The translations under genes and the position numbers were made by a program. Of a stretch of 32,174 bases of DNA, positions 18,751 to 27,133 are shown piece by piece. The notes below the pieces were generated by a model. The model did not search any database and was not told where the DNA came from. It saw only the letters and a program-made list of their open reading frames with translations. Numbering within the stretch: the stretch's first letter is position 1; the number at the start of each line of letters is the position of its first letter. Origin of the DNA: a virus (Duplodnaviria; Caudoviricetes); IMG/VR virus record IMGVR_UViG_3300031949_001619, positions 1 to 32,174 of that record. One strand, given 5' to 3'.

Positions 18751-20654
18751 CAGCTATTATGGACGTGGCCGAACCTGTCTGCATCAAAGACCTTCAAAAA
18801 GGCATTCTTGTTCCACGTGAGGATTTTGAGTTATGGCTGGAAAAACACGACTGGACCTGGCATCAGGCAGCGCGCAATGAATTTCCTGATTTTGTCTGGA
18901 GGCATTATTACACCAAAAAAATTAAAATGGTCAAATCTTTTACCGGCCTTGGCGCATTCCAACTGGCCTGCATAGCAAACGACCGGGTGCTTTTTGCCCA
19001 GATGTTCATGCGCGAACCTGACGACCCACAGCACAAAGACCCGTGGAATTTATTTGATTATCAAAAAAAGTCTCTCCGCATCCAGACACACACTATCCAC
19101 AAGACCGGCACTGGCGTGGGCAAGACCCGCGAGATAATAATTGTCGGCACTCATTTTTTCCAGACTGAACAAAACGGCAGGGGTCTTGTAGGCGCGGTGC
19201 AGCAGGAACATATTAACGACATCATTGAGGGTATGGTTGAACAAATATCCTGGAACCCCGACCTTGCGCCCGGACTGAAACATCATACAAAACATCCGCA
19301 CCACACTATGTACGGCCGCAATGGTTTTAAATTATGGTTTCGGCCTGCTTCGCATGATGGACATGCCTTCAGAGGGAAACATGCCACATGTGTAGCGATT
19401 TACGAAGAGGCTGCAAAGGCTGACCAGGATTTACAGTGGACTGAATTTTTCAGAGCCGTAAAACATAACTGCATAGTCAAGGCATACTCAGTCCCTGACG
19501 GCAGAAGAGACACGCATTTTTACCGTTTGAGCAAGCTTTCCGAAGGCGTCAAAGACGCTGATGAAGCAAAATCTCTAAATGAAGCCCTGAAAAATCTCGG
19601 CATAGGCGGCAGGAAATTTATTCTTTTTAAATTTCCCAAAACCATAATGCCGCCGCCGCATTGGAGCGATGATGCAAAAGCCGAGGCGATTGTTATGTAC
19701 GGCGGCGAAGATAAACCGGGATACAAGCATAACATCCTCGGCGAAGATGGAGACCCGGAGAATACCGTTTTCCCGTGGAATGAATTCCGATGGGTCATTA
19801 AAGATATACCTGAATATCGCTATCTCAGCATTATTGTCACCTCCGGCGAGGTTATTGTGCGCGGTTATCGTTTTGACCTTACCCAGGGCGCAGACGGTCC
19901 AGTGCCAAAGCCTGTTTTAATTCTTGACGCCAATTACAGTATTTCAGGTTTTTTTGATTATGGTTTGTTCGCGACATCTTCAGGAATAGAAATGTCGGAC
20001 TCGGAATTTAGAAAACTTATCAAGAGTTTTTTTGTTTCCGTGCCCGGGCTGAAACGCGGGGGCGGGGATTTTGGTTATTCTCAGGACCCCACGCAAATTA
20101 CTGTCCGGCTGATTATCGGCAAAGTAAAGCGCCGTATTGCCCGGCTTGAGCTTAAACACGTTACTTATGACCAGCAGTGTCAGGCGCTTGATGCAATGGA
20201 TGACATTTATGGTCCTATGGAATCAATCTCATGGGGCACTGATTTTGGCAATGCCGGCAGCGCTGTTGCTCATGACCTCTTTGGACTGCCTCAATATCAG
20301 CATAAACACTACGCCGACCGGCTCAAAGGATTTCAGTTTGAATCAACGGCCGACAACATTGATGAGGACGGCAATCCCATTATTGACGCCAAAGACGGCA
20401 AGCCCGTAAAAATCACGTTAAAGGAACTTGCTACTGACCATATGACCCGGCGTATTCAGCGGCAAACCCTTGAGGAGCCCCCTGACCCGGAAGTGATTAG
20501 TTTTTTTACAGGCCATACCAGCACGCAGGGCAAACACAGGATTTACAGCAAGGATAATGACCATATCATTGATGCAGATAGGGCGGAGACGCTTGCAGAA
20601 ATACTTGGCGTTGAAGTAAATGACTATTTTGTCAGCGGGGTCAATATAAGATGA
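18747..20654 (+). CDS. terL: Terminase large subunit
   Basis: Walker A TGTGVGKT, FRG..A...IYEEA Walker B, and RNase H-like nuclease motifs GGDFG..DPT and DHIIDA. Confidence 0.88.
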   Translation: MTAIMDVAEPVCIKDLQKGILVPREDFELWLEKHDWTWHQAARNEFPDFVWRHYYTKKIKMVKSFTGLGAFQLACIANDRVLFAQMFMREPDDPQHKDPWNLFDYQKKSLRIQTHTIHKTGTGVGKTREIIIVGTHFFQTEQNGRGLVGAVQQEHINDIIEGMVEQISWNPDLAPGLKHHTKHPHHTMYGRNGFKLWFRPASHDGHAFRGKHATCVAIYEEAAKADQDLQWTEFFRAVKHNCIVKAYSVPDGRRDTHFYRLSKLSEGVKDADEAKSLNEALKNLGIGGRKFILFKFPKTIMPPPHWSDDAKAEAIVMYGGEDKPGYKHNILGEDGDPENTVFPWNEFRWVIKDIPEYRYLSIIVTSGEVIVRGYRFDLTQGADGPVPKPVLILDANYSISGFFDYGLFATSSGIEMSDSEFRKLIKSFFVSVPGLKRGGGDFGYSQDPTQITVRLIIGKVKRRIARLELKHVTYDQQCQALDAMDDIYGPMESISWGTDFGNAGSAVAHDLFGLPQYQHKHYADRLKGFQFESTADNIDEDGNPIIDAKDGKPVKITLKELATDHMTRRIQRQTLEEPPDPEVISFFTGHTSTQGKHRIYSKDNDHIIDADRAETLAEILGVEVNDYFVSGVNIR

Positions 20655-20770
20655 AGAAAAAAATATTTGCCACAGATTTACACGGATATACACAGATTTA
20701 TTTTTCTATTTTCTCATCTGTGTTCATCTGCGAAAATCAGCGGCTAAAAAATTAATGAAAGTCAGTGGCT
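20651..20770. repeat. GCCACAGATTTACAC inverted-repeat element (family A); other copies about 9147, 17727, 22999, 25178, 27017, 27696, 28201
   Basis: Tandem CAC(A/G)GAT units followed by inverted ATCTG(T/C)G..(T/C)GGC units; 20669-20744 is nearly identical to 25196-25271. Confidence 0.9.
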
Positions 20771-20777
20771 AAAAAAA

Positions 20778-22997
20778 ATGATGAAGAAAAAAACAAGACA
20801 TAACGCAAGGCGCAGTACGCAAGACGCAGTACGAAAACAAAAAGCATCAAACGTGTCCACATCCCCACAGATTACCGATGTCTCTCCGCAGGGATATATG
20901 ACCAGATGGTTTAGCGATTATATCTTTCGCAAGGTCTCAGGTGATTTTTATGAAGTTCTGCGTGAAGGCATACCGATTATTGACGCTGCAATAAGAAGAC
21001 TTATTTCTCTTAATGGCACGATTAAAATTATCGGCGACAACATGCCGCTCGTTAAAGAGCTTGAAGATTTCTGTTTGTACGTGCCTGTGAATGACATGCA
21101 GAAAGGCATTCACGCATTTCTGGAAAACTCATCAAATGAAACCTTTGAGCAGGGCTTTTCTATCTCTGAATTCATAGCGACAAAAGACAGAAAAGATATT
21201 GCCTCGCTCAGGGTAGCGGACAGCAAAAATATTATTTTTCGCAGGAATGCAGAAAGCAAGGCAGAACCGTGGTACCGTTACGGCGTTCTAACAACAAGTA
21301 GTTATACGCTTCCCGGAAGTGTTATAGAGCAGATAATTAATGCGAGTTATGGCCAGACAGTAAGCTATGGCGGCGTAGAGGAGACAAAACTTAATCTTGA
21401 CAATAAACTCTATTTTTCAATCAACAACGAAAACAGCAATCCTTACGGCGTCTCAATCATGCGCTCTCTTGAGTTTGTTGCGCAGATACTTGTGACAATC
21501 CAGAACAGCATTAAATTTTCAGCAGAGCGTTTTGGAAGTCCGATGTATCATGTCCACCGCAAAGGCAAATTCCCGGGCAATGCCGACCCTGTGGCAGAGC
21601 AAAAAAAATTGCAGACTGATTTTAATACTATCATCTCCTCAAAACTCAAGGGTCAGACTGCTGACCTGGTTACCGTTGGCGGCACTGACTCAGAAGTAGC
21701 AGTGAAGGTCATCGGAGGAGAAGGGCAGATATTGACTTTTGATATCCAACTCAGGCATCTGCTTGAGCAGATTGTATCAAAAACAAACTTGCCTGCCTGG
21801 CTGCTCGGAGTGTACTGGTCTACAACAGAGCGCATGGCAACGCTTGAGATTGAGGCCGCGCTTGCTGACGCAAAAATAAGACAGTTTGCTATGCTTCCTG
21901 AGTTTATCAGGCTTTTTTCAACTTTTCTTAAACTCAGAGGCAGGACCTGGAATTCTGTCACCACGTCCCTGGACCGCGCCGGTGATTGGGGCATTATTTT
22001 TGAAACCCCGAACCTCAGAGACATCCTGGCTATTGCGCAGGCAAAATTTTTAACAGCCCAGGCTGACCAGATGGGAGCGATTGCAGGGACAGCAAAAGGC
22101 ACAAAGGCACAAAGGCATATAGGCACACAGGCACACAGGCACAAAGGCACAGAGGCACGGGAATGTTCCTGCGGCAAGACGCATTACGCAGTACGCGGTA
22201 CACAGTACGTTATTAAAGAACTCCAGCGTCCAACACCCTGGCCTGAGCTGGATAGGGTTGAGGATGATTATGAGACAACCTTAAAGACCCGCTGGCAGGA
22301 GATGCAGGAGAAAGTATTTTTGATTTTGAAATTGAGTAACGCCCCCCAACCCCCTCTTAAATTAAGAGGGGGCGAAGGGGGAGTTAAAGACGACCTTCCC
22401 GGGCTTGAAGCTTTCATTTTCACAGAGGTGCAGCGCGCTCAGATTATGCAGGCATATAAAGACTGGCTCGGCGCATTTGATATTGCAGATGAGAATTCAG
22501 CCATCAGATGGTATTACGGACAATCCTACAGTCTTGGTCTTATCCAGGCCGCGAACCTCATCGGCAAAGACAGACCGATTCTTGACATCATCAAAAATAA
22601 AGAAATATTTGATGAACTTTGTAAAAATGGCTTCAAACTTGTCAAAGATAATGCTGAGCTTGAGATTGACAAAATTCAGAATTTAATAGAATCGCATGTA
22701 ATTGCCGGCTCTAACCCAATACAGGTTGCAAGGATATTAGAAAACGAATTTAAAGGCAAGGATTACGACTGGGAGCGCCTGGCCCGCTCTGAGATGTCTA
22801 TGGCTGCAGAAAGGGCCAAGATTGATGAATGGACTGAATGGGACATAAAGAGAGTTGAATTTAAGCCGGCGCCTGATGCATGTCCTATTTGTATTGCAGT
22901 AGCAGGAGATTATGACATCGGAACATGTCCGATACCTGTTCAGGATACGCATCCGAGATGTCGTTGTGGAATCCGGGTTTCTCAATCTGAAACATAG
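20778..22997 (+). CDS. Portal protein fused to MuF/SPP1 gp7-like head morphogenesis domain
   Basis: Position after TerL; NPYGVSIM...ERFGSP portal-like motifs; C-terminal ARSEM...CPIC...HPRCRC MuF signature. Confidence 0.8.
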   Translation: MMKKKTRHNARRSTQDAVRKQKASNVSTSPQITDVSPQGYMTRWFSDYIFRKVSGDFYEVLREGIPIIDAAIRRLISLNGTIKIIGDNMPLVKELEDFCLYVPVNDMQKGIHAFLENSSNETFEQGFSISEFIATKDRKDIASLRVADSKNIIFRRNAESKAEPWYRYGVLTTSSYTLPGSVIEQIINASYGQTVSYGGVEETKLNLDNKLYFSINNENSNPYGVSIMRSLEFVAQILVTIQNSIKFSAERFGSPMYHVHRKGKFPGNADPVAEQKKLQTDFNTIISSKLKGQTADLVTVGGTDSEVAVKVIGGEGQILTFDIQLRHLLEQIVSKTNLPAWLLGVYWSTTERMATLEIEAALADAKIRQFAMLPEFIRLFSTFLKLRGRTWNSVTTSLDRAGDWGIIFETPNLRDILAIAQAKFLTAQADQMGAIAGTAKGTKAQRHIGTQAHRHKGTEARECSCGKTHYAVRGTQYVIKELQRPTPWPELDRVEDDYETTLKTRWQEMQEKVFLILKLSNAPQPPLKLRGGEGGVKDDLPGLEAFIFTEVQRAQIMQAYKDWLGAFDIADENSAIRWYYGQSYSLGLIQAANLIGKDRPILDIIKNKEIFDELCKNGFKLVKDNAELEIDKIQNLIESHVIAGSNPIQVARILENEFKGKDYDWERLARSEMSMAAERAKIDEWTEWDIKRVEFKPAPDACPICIAVAGDYDIGTCPIPVQDTHPRCRCGIRVSQSET
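22098..22210 (+). repeat. GGCACAAA octamer array plus GTACGCA heptamer array in the portal-MuF linker
   Basis: Eight GGCA(C/T)xxA units at 22098-22160, then GACGCATTACGCAGTACGCGGTACACAGTACG at 22178-22209. Confidence 0.9.
22337..22387. repeat. Palindromic element inserted in frame in portal-MuF
   Basis: Same CCCCCTCTTAAATTAAGAGGGGG core as 18003-18059; encodes NAPQPPLKLRGG. Confidence 0.9.
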
Positions 22998-23075
22998 AAT
23001 GAAGAAAAAAATTTCAGCCACAGATTTATACGGATTTACACAGATAAAAAATATTTCCGTGGCTAAAAAAATTCT

Positions 23076-23117
23076 CTGCCAGAACATGAAACAAATTTTT
23101 GTTATAAGTAGTGCATG
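23076..23117 (+). promoter_or_regulatory. Putative phage late promoter, copy 2
   Basis: Matches 17770-17811; lies upstream of the protease/capsid genes. Confidence 0.65.
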
Positions 23118-23204
23118 AAAGAAAAGGCACAAAGGCAGAAGAAAGGCAAACAGAAGGCACAAAGTAAAAGAAGGCACAAAGGCACATAGGCAAAAGGAAG
23201 GCAA

Positions 23205-23486
23205 ATGAAAAGCAATGACATGAATGTAAAAGATGCGCAGATTAAGATTGCAGAGATGATTTCTGCAGAGGAAATTAATGCCTTTATCGCCGGTGATGAG
23301 CGAAAAACCGTCCTTGACGCGGCAGCGGCAAAGATAAAAGAACTGGCAGGACTGAAGCAGGGCGAGCAGGCAGGTCCTATTACAAAAGATACCCATGATT
23401 TTAAAGACGGCGTCCAGAAGACAAAATCATTTGTCACATGTGAGGACGTGATAGATAAGATGCGGAAAGAGGGAAAGAAGATATGA
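23205..23486 (+). CDS. Hypothetical head-region protein
   Basis: 93 aa, SD-like AAGGAAGG; contains DERKTVL motif. Confidence 0.7.
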   Translation: MKSNDMNVKDAQIKIAEMISAEEINAFIAGDERKTVLDAAAAKIKELAGLKQGEQAGPITKDTHDFKDGVQKTKSFVTCEDVIDKMRKEGKKI

Positions 23487-23505
23487 CCCTTAATTTTCCT
23501 TTTTA

Positions 23506-23594
23506 TGTCATTCCCGCATGTTTTAAGCGGGAATCCAGTATTTATGTTTCTGGATGCCCGATTATCCCGAAGTATCGGGAACAGAAAGGCATAA
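23506..23594. repeat. GTCATTCCCGC..GCGGGAATCCAG REP/MITE-like element with nested TCCCGA..TCGGGA hairpin
   Basis: ATTCCCGC/GCGGGAAT and ATCCAG/CTGGAT stems; nested hairpin at 23565-23580. Confidence 0.7.
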
Positions 23595-23598
23595 CGGT

Positions 23599-24825
23599 AT
23601 GAAGTTTAAGACATACGAAAAGCAGTTTAGCATTAAGGCAGCCGGTGTTGAAATAACTCCGGAAATTCTCGCAAAGATAAATCACTATGCTGTCAAAGAA
23701 CTTACTGCAGAAGATGTTTATGTGCGCAAATATCTGATGGCGTACAATGCAGTGGACCGTGATAACGAAAGATTTACGGAAATTCTCCTTGATGATTTTG
23801 CAAAGACATTCCCCGGCAAGTCGTTTTTAGTTGGGCATGACCGTTCTGCCCCTGGCATCGGCTTATATTTCGCTGCCGCAACTGAAAATCTTACTCCTGA
23901 ACAATTTAAAGAACTTACAGGGGAAGAAGCGCCGCTTCCTGAAGGCCTGACCTCTGTAAAAGTCCTTTATGGATGGATATATCTTGTGAAGGCTGATTTC
24001 AACGAAAAAATAATTGCCAATATAGATGCAGGCATTTACCGCCATGCCTCTATTGGTTTTAGGGCGTCGGATTTGAAACCTATCAAAGGTCAGTATGACA
24101 ATATTTTGTACTGGGAATACTCTTCTCCCGGCGAGGCGCTTGAGGGTTCTCTTGTGTGGCTTGGAGCGCAGCCCGGAGCCACAGCTCAGAAATCCGCAGA
24201 TGATAATGTGTTGTGTTTGAATTGTAATAAATTTTTTGATTATTCAAAACAGATAGAAATAGCAATGGGAGCTGTTAAATGTCCTGAGTGTTTTGCAATA
24301 GTTAATCAAGAAGGAGAAGCGCTAACAGAAAAAAACAATTCTAAAAAAGGAGGGAAGAATATGGAAAAACTTCTCAAGATGTTAATGAAGTTGTTTCCGG
24401 GCAAGTCCTTTACGGAGGAAGGCCTCGGAGACGAGATAAAGGCAGCCCTTGACGAACACGTCAAGGCAGAATCGCAAAAGGCAGTGGATGCTGCATCTGC
24501 TCCGCTTAATCAGAAGATTGCTGAACTTACCCCTCTTGCCGCAGACGGCAAGGCTTACAGGGACGGCATGGTCAGCAGCTATGTGGCCCAGAAAGCAAAA
24601 CTTGAAGAGGTAAGCGAAAAACCCGAGGACCAAAAGGCGCTCAGGGAAGTTGTGGAGAAATACCCGGTTGACTTCCTTAAATCCGAAGTCGCTCATCTGC
24701 AGAAAAGAGTTGAGGAAAAGTTCCCTGCAAATCCTCAGACTCAGGGCGACGACCGCAGGGATAAATCCGGCGGAGAAGCTGATAAAAATCAGTTGATTCC
24801 AGAAGAGGAAAAGGAGGGCAAATAG
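23599..24825 (+). CDS. Prohead protease / scaffold polyprotein
   Basis: VDRDNERF, LVGHD, ASIGF and EGSLV.LGAQPGA (HK97-type protease); charged helical C-terminus. Confidence 0.85.
   Translation: MKFKTYEKQFSIKAAGVEITPEILAKINHYAVKELTAEDVYVRKYLMAYNAVDRDNERFTEILLDDFAKTFPGKSFLVGHDRSAPGIGLYFAAATENLTPEQFKELTGEEAPLPEGLTSVKVLYGWIYLVKADFNEKIIANIDAGIYRHASIGFRASDLKPIKGQYDNILYWEYSSPGEALEGSLVWLGAQPGATAQKSADDNVLCLNCNKFFDYSKQIEIAMGAVKCPECFAIVNQEGEALTEKNNSKKGGKNMEKLLKMLMKLFPGKSFTEEGLGDEIKAALDEHVKAESQKAVDAASAPLNQKIAELTPLAADGKAYRDGMVSSYVAQKAKLEEVSEKPEDQKALREVVEKYPVDFLKSEVAHLQKRVEEKFPANPQTQGDDRRDKSGGEADKNQLIPEEEKEGK
24361..24825 (+). CDS. Nested in-frame scaffold protein (internal start)
   Basis: AAGGAGGG SD at 24347-24354 before an in-frame ATG; same arrangement as lambda C/Nu3 and Mu I/Z. 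Confidence 0.65.
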   Translation: MEKLLKMLMKLFPGKSFTEEGLGDEIKAALDEHVKAESQKAVDAASAPLNQKIAELTPLAADGKAYRDGMVSSYVAQKAKLEEVSEKPEDQKALREVVEKYPVDFLKSEVAHLQKRVEEKFPANPQTQGDDRRDKSGGEADKNQLIPEEEKEGK

Positions 24826-25170
24826 ATGGCGACAGGAACTGTAAGAGATAGTTTGCAAAATATAAGGACGCTTAAACTGGCGCACAGCGTTGCTGTAACC
24901 GCAGGCGATGTAATTGTCAGCAACGGCCAGGTTTTAGTGGCAGTCAATACTGCATTAATCAATGCAGATAATGCATACGTATTCCGCGGCAAGACTGAAT
25001 TCCCAAAGGAAGCCAGTCTTGCAGTTAACGTGGGCGATGTATGCTACTGGCTTGCAGCATCAGGTTATATCACCAAAACAGTGGGCAGCAATACCAAGAC
25101 CGGCATCTGCGTTGAAGCAGCCGCAGCAGCTGATGAAGTTGTACTGGTAATGCTTGATGAAAACAAATAA
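24826..25170 (+). CDS. Capsid decoration/cement protein (DUF2190-like)
   Basis: VTAGDVI...VAV...G..EFPK...GD.CYW...G.C.EAA pattern; located between protease and MCP. Confidence 0.75.
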   Translation: MATGTVRDSLQNIRTLKLAHSVAVTAGDVIVSNGQVLVAVNTALINADNAYVFRGKTEFPKEASLAVNVGDVCYWLAASGYITKTVGSNTKTGICVEAAAAADEVVLVMLDENK

Positions 25171-25177
25171 AAACCGT

Positions 25178-25271
25178 ATGAAGAATTTAATATTAGCCAC
25201 AGATTTACACAGATTTACACAGATTTATTTTTCTATTTTCTCATCTGCGTTCATCTGCGAAAATCCGCGGC
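25178..25271. repeat. Family A inverted-repeat element
   Basis: ATGAAGAATTTAATATTAGCCACAGATTTACACAGA (identical to 28201-28236), then the inverted arm. Confidence 0.9.
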
Positions 25272-25294
25272 AAAACAAGGAGGGATGAAAAACA

Positions 25295-26413
25295 ATGAAA
25301 TCGCTAAGAAGAAAAAGAAATAAGAAAATCCAGACAATGGCTGTCTGGGGGCTGCTCATTGTAGTGGTCTTCTTTGTTATGGGGCTGGTAGGACTCGGCG
25401 CACAAAGCCCGGAGGCGGCAGTGGGTATTTTTGCCGGAATGCCGATGATGTTAGGCATGGTCTATGGCCAGAAAATCTTCAACTGGAAAAAAATTCATGA
25501 GATCAAGACCCTTGAAGAGAAAAAAGAAAAGATTATTAACGCCGCTGACCATTTTATGCAAAAAGTCAATGCAATGCCTGTTACGGGTTCAAAGATTATA
25601 GGCCCTGACGCTAACTTAATGGCTGCGGTGCCGGTTGTACTCGTTATGTCAGACACAATAAAAACACCTGACAGGGGTTATGAAATGCTTTTTGATGAGG
25701 TGGATATGAGGACGTCAAACAACGATACTTTTGAAGTCCTTGACATCTCTGGCGGAGTGACATTCTATCAGCAGATTACAGGCGAAGAGGTTAAGATGTC
25801 AAAAATACCATCTTCGGCAAAAACCCTTGTGAGTTATTTGAGATTCAGCGGCGGGTTGAACATCCTTGACGACTGGATCAGGTTTAATAAATTTTACCTG
25901 ATTGACAGACTCTTTGGCGATACCATCAAAAAATGGTGGACCAAGAAAGCCACTATTTTCTATGGGCTGCTTACTGCCCTTAGCTCAGCCATCAATGAGG
26001 CGTTTGCCACTGATGATGTGACTACCATCAATAATGCCTGCTCCACAATTCTGACCAACCTTGAAGCAGCAGGTTATGATGTTGATGAAAATGCCCAGTT
26101 TGTTATTACTTGTAATCCTAAGCTCAGAGGCAGGATATTTAAGGCAATCGCTGCAACCTTTGTGATGCCAAATACCAATAACAACCAGCTCGTTTATAAC
26201 ATCTCGGCTGTTGTCAGCACCACAAAAATTGCAAATACGTCTTACTATGTTTCTCTTCCGGGCGTGAAAAACCAGAGAGGCGAATGGGAAGACCTCAATG
26301 CGCGGCCTGCACAGCGCGATGAAAGACTTCTCGGCGCGGCCCATATCTGGACAGGTTCGTATAATGGCATTATTGGCGAGGCAAAACAGCACAGAAGGTG
26401 TGCGCTGTCATAA
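25295..26413 (+). CDS. Major capsid protein (HK97-fold, inferred) with hydrophobic N-terminal extension
   Basis: Size and position after protease and decoration genes; ITGEEVK...V.Y.RFSGGL.I.DDWI pattern; strong SD; hairpin downstream. Confidence 0.78.
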   Translation: MKSLRRKRNKKIQTMAVWGLLIVVVFFVMGLVGLGAQSPEAAVGIFAGMPMMLGMVYGQKIFNWKKIHEIKTLEEKKEKIINAADHFMQKVNAMPVTGSKIIGPDANLMAAVPVVLVMSDTIKTPDRGYEMLFDEVDMRTSNNDTFEVLDISGGVTFYQQITGEEVKMSKIPSSAKTLVSYLRFSGGLNILDDWIRFNKFYLIDRLFGDTIKKWWTKKATIFYGLLTALSSAINEAFATDDVTTINNACSTILTNLEAAGYDVDENAQFVITCNPKLRGRIFKAIAATFVMPNTNNNQLVYNISAVVSTTKIANTSYYVSLPGVKNQRGEWEDLNARPAQRDERLLGAAHIWTGSYNGIIGEAKQHRRCALS

Positions 26414-26444
26414 AAAAAGTAAGCAGTAAGCAATAGGCATAAAC

Positions 26445-26482
26445 AGTCCAGTGTTGACATAAACTGTCAACATTGGACTTTA
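26445..26482 (+). terminator. Long hairpin after the capsid gene
   Basis: AGTCCAGTGTTGACA-taaac-TGTCAACATTGGACT, 15-bp stem with one G-U pair; short T tail. Confidence 0.6.
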
Positions 26483-26507
26483 ACTGAAACTGAAAGCCAA
26501 TAATGAT

Positions 26508-26942
26508 ATGCCAAAGACAACGCCTGAAGATTACATAAACCTCGGCTTTACAGCCGCAATGTTTAAACAGGAAACTGATGAGGTTTTTAAACAGTTTATT
26601 GGTTTTGTAATTTCAGAGCAGGCGCCGCTGCTTGAAGGCAGGGTCGGCACAACTGCATACAACTCCACTTCATCGCCGACAAAATATTATGTCAAACGCG
26701 CAGAGCTTTGCCTTACTGCCGAAGAGCTTGTACAGAGGAGAATTAACATAATCCTTGGCAATGTTGTCGGCGCAGGGCATGAAATAGATATATCCCATGA
26801 AGGCGCGCAGAAAAAGGCGTATCTTGACGAGGCAAATGCCCTGATTGAAAAGATTACCGCCGGCATTACATCAGACAGCGCTGATTTTGCATCAGGGGTA
26901 TTGGTGACAAATCATTTTGTTCCTTCAACAGACACGGAATGA
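26508..26942 (+). CDS. Putative head-tail adaptor
   Basis: Position directly after MCP, 144 aa, helical pattern; call rests mainly on synteny. Confidence 0.55.
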   Translation: MPKTTPEDYINLGFTAAMFKQETDEVFKQFIGFVISEQAPLLEGRVGTTAYNSTSSPTKYYVKRAELCLTAEELVQRRINIILGNVVGAGHEIDISHEGAQKKAYLDEANALIEKITAGITSDSADFASGVLVTNHFVPSTDTE

Positions 26943-27133
26943 CATTAGACAAAAAATAGACATTAGACAAGAGGCAGACATCAGAGAAAAAAAGAAACAG
27001 GGGAAAGATTTTTTTAGCCACAGATTGGCGCAGATGAACACAGAAAAAAAGACAAAAAATTGTTTTTAAAAAGAAAAATATTCTTATCGGTGCATATCTG
27101 TGTAAATCCGTGGCAAAAAGGTTTGATTTTACC

